From positions 30,754,001-30,818,000 of the forward strand of contig NC_086097.1 in the NCBI RefSeq assembly GCF_963921235.1: a DNA stretch of 64,000 nt, in the 5' to 3' direction. A model generated the notes under the pieces. That model was not told the DNA's origin. It did no database searches and saw only the letters and a list, made by a program, of their open reading frames with translations. Of this stretch, positions 36,204 through 47,459 are shown piece after piece. Source of the DNA: Mobula hypostoma. Lineage: Eukaryota. Within the stretch, counting starts at the first letter, position 1, and each line of letters starts with the position of its first letter. The translations under genes were made by a program, and so were the position numbers.

Positions 36204-36328
36204 CTTCTTATAGCCTTCTCCTGCTTTGTGGGCATCATTTATTTTAATTTTCAGAGTGCTAGGCAGCTGCTTAGAGAAGCCCATGGCTGCTGATTGTTGG
36301 GACAAGGTTTGAGGAGTCAGGGTATTTA

Positions 36329-36533
36329 TAAAGCTTTGAAATTTGCATCACCTGGCCTTTCCTAACAATGACTGCGAACAAGCCATAGCCCTAACAAGCT
36401 AATTAAAGTCTGAGACCTTGGTAAAAGTGTGATTAAAGCTTTGAAATTTGCATCACCTGGCCTTTCCTAACAATGACTGCGAACAAGCCATAGCCCTAAC
36501 AAGCTAATTAAAGTCTGAGACCTTGGTAAAAGT
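36329..36533. repeat. Perfect 100-bp tandem duplication with 5-bp filler inside the Tc1 upstream region
   Basis: 36329-36428 equals 36434-36533, separated by GTGAT. Confidence 0.9.
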
Positions 36534-37289
36534 TACCTGAGAGCTCAAATCTCTTGGGGTGCCCAAACTTTTGCATGGTGCTCCTTTCCTTTTTTTCACT
36601 CTAAAATTATACAAAACAAAAATAATACACTAATCTTGCTTAAAATATTGAAAAGAATGTTTCATCTTTAACTTTATGACTTTTGGAGATCAGTTCATCT
36701 TCTACTAACTATTCACAGTAACAGAAATTTTGACTGGGGTGCCCAAACTTTTGCATGCCACTGTATATACAGCATAAAAAGAAGTGGTCCCAACACCGAC
36801 CCTTACGGAACACCACTAGTCACTGGCAGCCAACCAGAAAAGGATCCTTTTATTCCCACTCGCTGCCTCCTACCAATCAGCCTATGCTCCAACATGTTAG
36901 TAACTTTCCTGTAATACCATGGGCTCTTAACCTGGTAAGCAGCCTCATGTGTGGCATCTTGTCAAAGGCCTTCTGAAAGTCCAAATATACAACACCCACT
37001 ACATCCCCTTTATCTATCCTACTTGTAATCTCCTCAAAGAATTCCAACAGGTTTGTCAGGCAGGATTTTCCCTGAAGGAAACCATGCTGATTTTGTCCTA
37101 TCTTGTCCTATGTCACCAAATACTCCATCACCTCATCCTTAATAATTGACTCAAACATCTTCCCAACCACTGAGGTCCGGCTAACTGTTCTATAATTTCC
37201 TTTCTGCTGCCTTCCTCCTTTCTTTAAGGGTGGAGTGACATTTGCAATTTTCCAGCCCTCTGGTCACAGGAATGGGATGGGTAAATGGA

Positions 37290-37620
37290 TTAGATTAAAT
37301 TATCTTTATTTGTCACATGTACATGAAAGCATACAGTGAAATGGGTTGTTTGCATCATCAATCAACACAATCCAAGGATGTGCTGGGAACCACCCACAAG
37401 CATCGCCATGCTTCCAGCACCAACGCAGCAAGCCCACCATTTATTAACCTCAACCCGTATGTCTTTGGAATGTGGAAGGGAATCAGAGCACCCGCAGGAA
37501 ACCCACGTGGTCATGGAGAGAACACACGAACTCCTTGCAGTCAGCGACAGGAACTGAAACCCAATCCTCTGATCTTTGGCGTTGTAAAGCTTTACACTAA
37601 CCGCTCTGATACCATGTCAC
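37290..37620 (-). mobile_element. V-SINE-like SINE
   Basis: CTTTATTTGTCACATGTAC tail; GTCTTTGGAATGTGG..GGAAACCCACGTGGTCA core. Confidence 0.7.
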
Positions 37621-38994
37621 TCCTAATCAAACTGGAAATAAACAGGGCATATAAAGCTCAACTTCTGTTTATTTTGTGATTTTTAAATATACAGTATTTT
37701 ATGCCACAGGTGACATGCAAAGCCAAATCCCATGAACCATCAACAGTATTTATTTCCTTCTCTGCTATCGCCCTAATATGTCTCCTGACATCCATTTATG
37801 TCCAACCACATATACAAAACTCTTTTATTAAGCACATTTCATCAGTTCTTTACTCGCTGTCCGACAGTGGCTTCTTCCCTCATCGCCACCCATCCAAAAT
37901 TTGCATCCTCATCTGCAAGCCAAGAGCTCATCCCACCGCATACCTCTGCTTAAGACAAGTCTTTGCCTGGTTGAGGCCAGCCAGATCATGTAAAGCTATT
38001 TAGCTTTGAGAGGAGATTCAAATAGTGAAAGGTCTAATCACTCTATCACCATTCCCAATTCTCGTATAGGAGCATTCACCATGTATTGTTCTGATTAAAA
38101 ATAGAGAACATTCAGTTCCCATTAGCACCAATCGCACTGAGTCTGAAAACAGCCTCGCAGTACAGAGCAATACTACCTATTAAGAAGGGCGATCACTGGT
38201 GGTGAGGAGAGAGCTTCAGGTAGAGATACAAAGTAAGGGAACATATAAAGCAGCCAAGAATTTTATTTGTATTTACTTAGAGATACAGCATGGTAACAGG
38301 GCCTTCTGGCCTAACGAGCCCACATCTCCCAATTAAAGATTCAGACTAGATACAGATTAGCTTTATTTGTCACATGTACATCGAAACAGTGAGGCGCACC
38401 ATTTGCATCAAATCAAATCAGCGAGGATGTGCTGATGATCACAGTAACCAATTAACCTACTAACCTGTATGACACTGGGACGTGGGAGGAAACCACAGCA
38501 CCCGGAGGAAACGCATGCAGTCACAGGAAGAATGTAGACACTCCTTACAGGCAGCGGCAGGATACAGCCCGGGTCACTGGTGTTGTAATAGCACGATGCT
38601 CACTGCTATGACACGGTACTGCCCCTCAGGTTCCAGTACGATGCACAGGATTGCAAGTGGCTGCATACACTTAGACTTAGCCAGCATCATCATGACTTAG
38701 ACCAGACTAAAATTGTAGACTTAGCCAGCATCATCATGAGTACAATCTCCCCACCTTCAAGGATATCTTCCAAGAGAAGGTGCCTCAATAAGGCAGCGTC
38801 CCTCACTATCTGGGACATGCCCTTTTCTCTTTACTACATTCTGGGAGGAGGTACAGTAGCCTGAAACCTACACTCAACATTTTAGGAACAGTTTCTTCCC
38901 TTACACCTGTCCAAATGTGGTTTGGAATGGTCCATGAACACTACCTCACTGTTTCTCTTTCACACCACCTATTCATAACTTATAGCAATGTTTA

Positions 38995-39725
38995 CATCAG
39001 AATCAGGTTTAATATTGCACCAGCACATTTGTTGTTTTGCAACAGCAGTACATTACAAGATATAATTAAAAATCTCTAATTTACAATAAGGATATATAAA
39101 GTATATATGTATAATGTATATAAAAATAAATAAGTAGTGCAAAAAGAGAGCAAAAAAAAAGAAATGGTGAGGCAGTGTACATGGGTTCATTGTCCATTCA
39201 GAAATCTTATGGCAGAGGGGAAGAAGCTGTTCCTAAAACTGTATTTTGAGGTTCCTGTAACACCTCCTTGATGGTAGCAATGAGAAGGGGTGTCCTAGGT
39301 GATGGGGGTCCTTAATGACAGATACCACCGTTTTGAGGCATTGCCTTTTGAAGATGTTCTCAAAGCTGGGGAGATGAGTGCCCATGATGGAGCTGCCCAA
39401 GTTGGCAACTCTCCGCACCTTTTTCCAGTCCTGTGCAGTGGCCCCTCTATACCAGAAGGTGATGCAAGCAGTCAGGATGCTCTCCATGATACCTCTGCAA
39501 GAGTCTTTGGTGACATACCAAGTCGCCTCAAACTCCTCATGAAATATAGCCACGTTGTGCCTTCTTTGTAATCGCATCAATGGCCCAGGATAAAACTTGA
39601 GAGATGTTGACACCAAGGAACTTCAAACTGGTCACCCTTTCCACTGATGATTCCTCGATGAGGACTAGTGTGTGTTCCCTTGACTTCCCCTTCCTGAAGT
39701 CCACAATCAATACCCTGGTCTTAGT
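38995..39725 (-). mobile_element. Rex1/Babar-type LINE 3' portion
   Basis: ORF 39233-39616 ESILTACITFWY..VIKDPHHLGHPFSLLPSRR; ATCAGAATCAGG tail. Confidence 0.8.
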
Positions 39726-41288
39726 TTTGCGCAGCAGTTAACCTAACACTTTACAGGAGTCAATTCCTGCAGAAGTCTGTAAGGAGTTTGTACATTCTGC
39801 CCATGACTGTGTGGGTTTCCGCCAGGTAGTCCAGCTTCCACTCACATTCCAACATCCTATGGGTTAGGGTTAGTAAGTTGTGGGCACACTATCTTGGTGA
39901 CAGAAGCATGGTGACACTTGCGGTCTGATTCCAGCACATGCTTGTACTGTATTGATCATTGATGCAAACGATGTACGTCACTGTATGTTTCACTGTTTCG
40001 ATGTACTGGACATGAGACAAATAAAGTTAATCTTAATCTTTAATGACTTACTATCTACCTGCACTGCACTGTCTGTAAATATAACACGTTATTCTGCGCT
40101 CTGCTTTGATCTTATACTGTTCTCCGCACTGTGTAATTATTTGATCTGTATAAACAATATTCAAAACAAGCTTTTTACTGTACTTTGGAAGAAGTGACAA
40201 TAATAAACCAATTAACTAGCTACAAATCTGAATTCTCATTACCTCTGATAACTGGTCACCTCTATCTACTTGCGTCTTAAAAATATTCAGACTCTGTTAA
40301 AACCATCCTTTGCTGAAGAGAGTTGCAAAGTAGTGCAGCGCTCGGGGGTGGGGGGGTGGTGGGGGTTAATACTTCATCTCAGTTTTAAATGAGTGACCCC
40401 CTTAATTTTAAACAACAACCACTATTTTCAGATTTTCCAACAAGAGGAAATATCCTTTCCATGCTCCACACTATCAACACCCTTCAAAATTGCAATTACC
40501 TCACTCAGCTAAATTTCAGCAGAGACAAGCTGAGCCTGATTAATCTACACTTTATAATTTATTGTCGCCAAACAATTGATACTACAACGTACAATCATCA
40601 CAGCGATATTTGATTCTGTGCTTCCCGCTCCCTGGATTACAAATCGATAGTAAATATTAAAAATTTAAGTTATAAATCATAAATAGAAAATAGAAACATG
40701 GAAAGTAAGGTAGTGCAAAAAAACCGAGAGGCAGGTCCGGATATTTGGAGGGTACGGCCCAGATCTGGGTCAGGATCCGTTCAGCAGTCTCATCACAATT
40801 GGAAAGAAGTTGTGCCCAAAGCTGGCCGTACGAGTCTTCAAGCTCCTGAGCCTTCTCCCAGAGGGAAGAGGGATTCCATAACAGAGTTATGGAGCTACTC
40901 AGCATGCAAACAGACCCTTCAGCCCATCATATCTATACTAAGTTGCCTACCTGACCTAGTCCCATTTGCCTGCATTTGGCTCATATCCCTCTAAAATTTT
41001 CCTATTGTGTGTATAATTCTACTCGCTGCTCCCACCGTCTGGCAGTTCAGTTCCTATACCACCCCTCCCCCGGCCCTCTGAGTGACGAATTTGCTCCTTA
41101 GGTCCTATTTAAATATTTCCTCTCACCTAAAACCAGCCTCACGACCTTGCTAATTTACTCTTTTTTGGCATTATTTATTATATATTCTTATTGTAATTTA
41201 TAGTATTGCAGTGCACTGCTGTTGCAAAACAACAAATTTCACGACATACAATACTGTTCAAAAGTCTTAGGCACCCTAGATTTTTCAT

Positions 41289-42146
41289 CTCTAGGAAGAG
41301 GTACAGTCGACATTTCAGGCCGAGACCCTTTGTCAGGACTAACTGAAGGAAGAGTTAGTAAGAGATTTGAAAGTGGGAGGGGGAGGGGGAGATCCAAAAT
41401 GATAGGAGAAGACAGGAGGGGGAGGGATGGAGCCAAGAACTGGACAGGTGATTGGCAAAAGGGATACGAGAGGATCATGGGACAGGAGGCCTAGGGAGAA
41501 AGAAAAGGGGGGGGGAGCCCAGAGGATGGGTAAGGGGTATAGTGAGAGTGGCCACACATTTTAATTCCACGTCCCATTCCCATTCTGACATGTCTATCCA
41601 CGGCCTCCTCTACTGTAAAGATGAAGCCACACTCAGGTTGGAGGAACAACACCTTATATTCCGTCTGGGTAGCCTCCAACCTGATGGCATGAACATCGAC
41701 TTCTCTAACTTCCGCTAATGCCCCACCTCCCCCTCGTACCCCATCCGTTCTTTATTTTTATACACACATTCTTTCTCTCACTCTCCTTTTTCTCCCTCTG
41801 TCCCTCTGACCATACCCCTTGCCCAACCTCTGGTTCCCCGCCCCCCCCCGTCTTTCTCCCCGGACCCCCTGTCCCATGATCCTCTCATATCCCCTTTGCC
41901 AATCACCTGTCCAGCTCTTGGCTCCATCCCTCCCCCTCCTGTCTTCTCCTATCATTTTGGATCTTCCCCTCCCCTTCTCACTTTCAAATCTCTTACTAAC
42001 TCTTCCGTCAATTAGTCCTGACGAAGGGTCTTGGCCTGAAACGTCAACTGTACCTCTTCCTAGAGATGCTGCCTGGCCTGCTGCGTTCACCAGCAACTTT
42101 GATGTGTGTTGCTTGAATTTCCAGCATCTGCAGAATTCCTGTTGTT
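41289..42146 (+). mobile_element. Penelope insertion with inverted 5' pLTR (41289-41547) and direct GIY-YIG end plus pLTR
   Basis: 13-bp TSD CTAGAT(T/C)TTTCAT at 41276-88 and 42147-59; VATHFNSTSHSHSDMSIHGLLYCKDEATLRLEEQHLIFRLGSLQPDGMNIDFSNFR* intact. Confidence 0.9.
42014..42049 (+). ncRNA. Minimal hammerhead ribozyme, near-intact
   Basis: AGUC-CUGACGA-AGG(GUCUUGG)CCU-GAAAC-GUC^AACU; one stem I mismatch. Confidence 0.65.
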
Positions 42147-42574
42147 CTAGATCTTTCATATGGTTTCAGATGGCATGGCCTCCATAGAGCCCTGATCTCA
42201 ACATCATCGAGGCTTTCTGGAATTATCGGGAGAAACAGAAGCAACTGAGACAGCCAAAGTCTGCAGATCTACAGCTAGTTCTCCAAGATGCTTGGAACAG
42301 CCATTTTTCTAATAAAACTGCACAATGTACCAAAGAGAAATGATATTGTTTTAAATGTAAAGTGTGGTGACACCAAATATTGATTTGATGTAGTTTTTTT
42401 ACTGTTTACTGCTCCTTATAGCAATTTTTTTGATATTTAGAAACTTTTCAATTCATTACCTTTGAAAGCATCTTCGCTTTACAGAATTTTTTTTACATGC
42501 ACAGGACCATATGTCAGCGATATTAAACCTGATTCTGATTCTATCCTGTTTTAGACTCTCCTACCCTGGGAAAG

Positions 42575-43665
42575 AGACTGACTTTCTCATCAGCAAGAAT
42601 GACGAGTCAGCATACAGAGAGGAGGCGCAGCAACTAATAGACTGGTGCAAAGCCAACAACCTTTCTCTGAATGTGAACAAAACAAAAGAGATGGTCGTTG
42701 ACTTCAGGAGGACCACTCTCCGTTGAACATCGACAACTCCTCCGCAGAGATCGTTAAGAGCACCAAATTTCTTGGTGTTCACCTGGCAGAGAATCTCACC
42801 TGGTCCCTCAACACCAGCTCCATAGCAAAGAAAGCCCAGCAGCGTCTCTACTTTCTGCGAAGGCTGAGAAAAGTCCATCTCCCACCCCCCCATCCTCACC
42901 ACATTCTATAGAGGTTGTATTGAGGGCATCCCAAGCAGCTGCATCACTGCCTGGTTCGGAAATTGTACCATCTCGGATGGCAAGATCCTGCAGCGGATAG
43001 TGAGGTCAGCTGAGAAGGTCATCGGGGTCTCTCTTCCCGCCATTACAGGCATTTATACCACATGCTGCATCCGTAAAGCAAACAGCATTATGAAGGACCC
43101 CACGCACCCCTCATACAAACTCTTCTCCCTCCTGCCATCTGGCAAAAGGCACCGAAGTATTCAGGCTCTCACGACCAGACTATGTAACAGTTTCTTCCCC
43201 CAAGCCATCAGACTCCTCAATACCCAGAGCCTGGACTGACACCAACCTACCGCCCTCTACTGTGCCTATTGTCTTGTTTATTATTTATTGTAATGCCTGC
43301 ACTGTTTTGTGCACTTTATGCAGTCCTGCGTAGGTCTGTAGTCTGGCGTAGTTTTGTAAACACACAATACTCTGCGGATGCTGGGGTCAAAGCAACACTC
43401 ACAACAAGCTGGAGGAACACAGCAGGTAGGGCAGCATCCGTGGAAACGATCAGTCAACGTTTCCACAGATGCTGCCCGGCCTGCTGAGTTCCTCCAGCTT
43501 GTTGTGAGTGTGGTGTAGTTTTGTGTTGTTTTACGTAGTTCAGTGTAGTTTTTGTATTGTTCATGTAGCACCGTGGTCCTGAAAAATGTTGCCTTGTTTT
43601 TACTGTGTACTGTACCAGCAGTTATAGTCAAAATGGCAATAAAAAGTGACTTGACTTGACTTGTG
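42575..43665 (+). mobile_element. Rex1/Babar-type LINE 3' portion, comparatively young
   Basis: [74 protein letters not shown]; (GACTT)n tail. Confidence 0.9.
43358..43510. mobile_element. 153-bp fold-back Penelope pLTR-tail insertion
   Basis: 14-bp TSD TGG(C/T)GTAGTTTTGT; 53-bp inverted arms 43396-43448 and 43458-43510. Confidence 0.85.
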
Positions 43666-44084
43666 ACCATGCTCCTTATCTATGGACCTTCATGATTTTA
43701 TAAACCTCAGCACGATCAACTCCCAGCCTCATATGCTAAAGGGAAACAGTCCCAGCTCATCCAGCTTTTCCTTGTAACTCAAGCTCTACAGTGCCTGTAA
43801 CAAACTGCCAAAGGAAGTTGTATAGGCAGGAACAATTATGACATTTAAAGACATTTGGACAGGTACAGGGATAGGAAAGGGTAAAAGGGATATGAGTCAA
43901 ACAGGGGCAAATAGGACTAGCTCAATTTGGCAATTTGGTCGGCATGGACAAGTTACAAAAGAACACAAGAAACAGGAGCAGGAGTCGGCCATCTGGCCCA
44001 TCGAGCCTGCTCTGCCACTAAATAAGAACATGGCAGATCTGGCCATAGACTCAGATCCACCTACCTGCCTTTTCCTCATAATCA

Positions 44085-44905
44085 CAGAAACATAGAAAAC
44101 CTACAGCACAATACAGGCCCTTCAGCCCACAAAGTTGTGCCGTGCCAAACATGTCCCTACCTTAGAAATTACTAGGCTTACCCATAGCCCTCTGTTTTTC
44201 TAAGTTCCATGTACCTATCCAAAAGTCTCTTAAAAGACCCTATCGTATCCGCCTCCACCACCGTTGCTGACAGCCCATTCCAGGCACTCACCACCCTCTG
44301 CGTAAAAAACTTACCCCCAATATCTCCTCTGTACCTACTCCCCAGCACCTTACACCTGTGTCCTCTTGTGGCAACCATTTCAGCCCTGGGAAAAAGCCTC
44401 TGACTATCCACACGATCAATGCCTCTCATCACCTTATACACCTCTATCAGGTCACCTCTCATCCTCCGTCGCTCCAAGGAGAAAAGGCCGAGTTCACTCA
44501 ACCTGTTTTCATAAGGCATGCTCCCCAATCCAGGCAACATCCTTGTAAATCTCCTCTGCACTCTTTCCATGGTTTTCACATCCTTCCTGTAGTGAGGCGA
44601 CCAGAACTGAGCACAGTACTCCAAGTGGGGTCTGACCAGGGTCCTATATAGCTGCAACATTATCTCTTGGTTCCTAAATTCAATTCCATGATTAAGGCCA
44701 ATACTATACACCGTATGCCTTCTTAACCACAGTCAACCTGCGCAGCTGCTTTGAACGTCCTATGGACTCGGACCCCAAGATCCCTCTGATCCTCCACACT
44801 GCCAAGAGTCTTACAATTAATACTATATTCTACCATCGTATTTAACCTACCAAAATGAACTTATCTGGGTTGAACTCCATCTGCCACTTCTCAGCCTAGT
44901 TTTGC
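44085..44905 (-). mobile_element. CR1 LINE 3' end, young
   Basis: ORF 44178-44711 gives an uninterrupted ORF2 C-terminus to the stop codon; ACAGAAACATAGAAAAC tail. Confidence 0.92.
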
Positions 44906-45169
44906 CTGCTATTCAAGAAAATCTATCAAACTATATCTTTAAATATAAGGTTGAAGGGTGTGATTTCTGTGCTGTATTGCACTATAACATGTAAAACTCA
45001 GCAGGTTAGGCAGCATCTATAAAGGAGAATAAACAGTCGATATTTCAGGCTCCATTAGGATTAGTTCCATGATGTACTGAGCTGTGTCTACAACCCTCTG
45101 CAGTTTCTAGCAGTAATAGGCAGAACAGTTGCCATACCCAGCTGTGAAGTATTCAGACAAGGCGGATCG

Positions 45170-45652
45170 ATACATAGAAACATAGAAAACAGGTGCAGGA
45201 GTAGACCATTTGGCCCTTCGAGCCTGCACCGCCATTCAGTATGATCATGGCTGATCATCCAACTCAGAACCCTGTACCTGCCTTCCCTCCATACCCCCTG
45301 ATCCCTTTAGCCACAAGGGCCATATCTAACTCCCTTTTAAATATAGCCAATGAACTGGCCTCAACTGTTTCCTGTGGCAGAGAATTCCACAGATTCACCA
45401 CTCTCTGTGTGAAGAAGTTTTTCCTCATCTCGGTCCTAAAAGGCTTCCCCTTTATCCTCAAACTGTGACCCCTCGTTCCGGACTTCCCCAACATCGGGAA
45501 CAATCTTCCTGCATCTAGCCTGTCCAATCCCTTTAGGATTTTATATGTTTCAATAAGATCCCCCCTCAATCTTCTAAATTCCAACAAGTATAAGCCTAGT
45601 GGATCCAGTCTTCCATCATATGAAAGTCCTGCCATCCCAGGAATCAATCTGG
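45170..45652 (-). mobile_element. CR1 LINE 3' end, different young subfamily
   Basis: ORF 45264-45647 RRLRGDLIETYKILKGLDRLDAGRLFP..FFTQRVVNLWNSLP; CpGs retained; CATAGAAACATAGAAAA tail. Confidence 0.92.
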
Positions 45653-47459
45653 TTGAAGATCAAATTGTTGAGGGTCAACAGCCTTACTCCCATCACTCCC
45701 TCCCTGAATGGCTCCATCTCTCTCTCCGCAATTCCACATCCTACCTCCCAGCTCCTCCTACATGCCCACCATTCCATCCATCCCCTGACAGAGACGTACT
45801 ATTACACTGATGCATCGTGTAGCTGCAAGTATAGCACATATTAGGTTAAGACTACACTTCAGTAATGCACTGCTTGTAACGCAGAGCCCACAGGCAGGTA
45901 ACACATACATAGCCCATAAAACATTTATGAACTGTTGCCCTGAAGGGGCTGGAGGGGGAGTGTGTGCATGTCAGAGCTTTTAGACTGATGGGCCTGTGTG
46001 TACATGGATTACAAGCAGCAACTGGAATTGATTGCGTGTTAAAACATTTTAGACACGGGGGAAGTGGGTTTGACAGCAGTTTTTGTATTCATGGGCATAT
46101 CTGGTCATTGTCATAAAAACCCCAAACAATTCAGTCACTGACTTTAGGAAGTGGGATCCTAACCACAACCTCAGTAAAACCCAAGGACAGTCCCCGTGGT
46201 GTTTGGGCAACGGTTGTGTTCTTTAACCAACAACCCTAAAAATAGATTAACAGGTCAGTTTTCAGATTGCTGCTTGTGGCCGGATGAAGGGTCTCAACCC
46301 AAAACATAGCCTGTTGAGTTCATCCAGCATTTTCTATGCGTCACTCAAGACTTACAGCATCTGTAGAATCTATTGTGTAAAAATGGCTGTTTTTTTTTCC
46401 CTTCAGTGACTGCACTCCAAAGTTATTTAGGAGGGTGTTGATATCATAAATGTATACTTTCCTTTAAAAGTTATGGGGACCTCAAAGTGTTTTGACCACA
46501 GGTCAATCGGGAAGTCCAGAGGTTGAGGCCCAACGGCTGAAGTCCCAGGTTTGCAAGTCTATAGGGAAATCAGATGTTTGTGAATCCCATGGAGGCTGAA
46601 GGCCCAGGGTCAGCCTATACTGGGGTTAGAGGACTGTCTGTGTGTGCATGGGTGGGAGCAAAGAAGGAGCTGGTTTTGTTTTGTTGTTCTGCTGAGCATT
46701 GTAGATATGCTATGTTTGCACCAGAATGTGTGGAAACACTTGCGGGCTGCCCCCCTCCCCTGCATATCCTTACGTTGCGTTGGTTGCTAACTCAGATGAC
46801 ACATTTCACTGTATGCTTTAATGTATGGTACATGTGATAACTAACTGAATCTGAATTTGAATCTTTCCAGAGCCTGAGGAAGGCAGCGCTCAACAGCCCA
46901 GTGAAGGTATACTGCTTCATTTAAGTGTTTAACTCTGCACATAAACTATAAAGGAATCAACCTCTTCCAGCTTGACTTTAATTTGGGTTGGGGAGAGTCA
47001 GTTGATTGAGAGATGTGAACGGGATAAATGCGAAGGCTTGGAGCCAATGCACCACACCCCTTAACCCACATCACAAATTCCACACGCCACTTCCTTTTGA
47101 TGTGTGATTGCCTGCATTTGCTGTCGACCTGATTGACAGGAAACCCGCTCACAGGTTCCTGCCCTGATTGTATTAAATCAGTCCCTGATAACACTGGGTA
47201 TACAAAGCCTAGGCAGACAATGGAGCAGGAGTGGGAACTCCACGGTGGCTACCAATACTCCATCCTAGCCAAAGTCAATGCCATCACCTGATAACTCGAG
47301 TTGGCCCAGGTTCCTTCCCTCCCTCGCTTGCTCACTCTGTTTGCTGAGTTGCTGTGTAACCCATTGCCAGTGAGTTGTGTAATCATTAACTCCCCGGACA
47401 AGCTGCTCTCAGCAGCAAGAACTGTGCATTGTGTACAGTAAGGATTCCTATTTATCTAT

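Larger units (their letters stand above)
34316..36763 (-). mobile_element. Tc1-family (DD34E) transposon, near full length, inactivated by two retro-insertions and frameshifts
   Basis: TA TSDs; ~215-bp TIRs CAGTGGCATGCAAAAGTTTGGGCACCC with inner direct repeats; GRPRKL linker, WKQVLWTDEVKIELFG, QQDSDPKH..WPSQSPDLNIIENLW (34 residues between D and E). Confidence 0.95.
33340..37263 (-). mobile_element. CR1 LINE ORF2 pseudogene, interrupted by Tc1
   Basis: LYKALVRPHLEYCEQF (33720-33941), KYNVGKCMVMHF (33951-34169); RT N-part continues after 36766 (GVP.GSVLGPLLF, LDFQKAFDK); CCATAAGAC tail at 33340-33360. Confidence 0.9.
41249..42509 (+). mobile_element. Non-autonomous Tc1 derivative (left TIR plus transposase C-terminal remnant) inserted at TA in a LINE 3' tail
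   Basis: TA at 41247-48, then CAATACTGTTCAAAAGTCTTAGGCACC; WPP*SPDLNIIEAFWNY at 42175-42225; degraded right end; the host tail ACGACA-TA-TGTCAG..GATTCTGATTCT resumes at 42510. Confidence 0.7.

Noticed and set aside
38080..38090. Possible 11-nt minus-strand microexon (tttttaatcag|AACAATACATG|gtgaat)
   Set aside because: It would shift the frame between a phase-0 exon 1 and exon 2 and has no counterpart in NUDT14 as I recall it; likely chance unless RNA-seq shows a poison exon.
38692..38740. 23-bp direct repeat AGACTTAGCCAGCATCATCATGA
   Set aside because: Small local duplication inside a decayed Rex1-type fragment; no functional sign.
47288..47370. Candidate NUDT14 exon 1 ending ..TATCAG|gtgatg
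   Set aside because: Upstream translation (..GTWANSSYQ) does not resemble the NUDT14 N-terminus, and the donor is weak.
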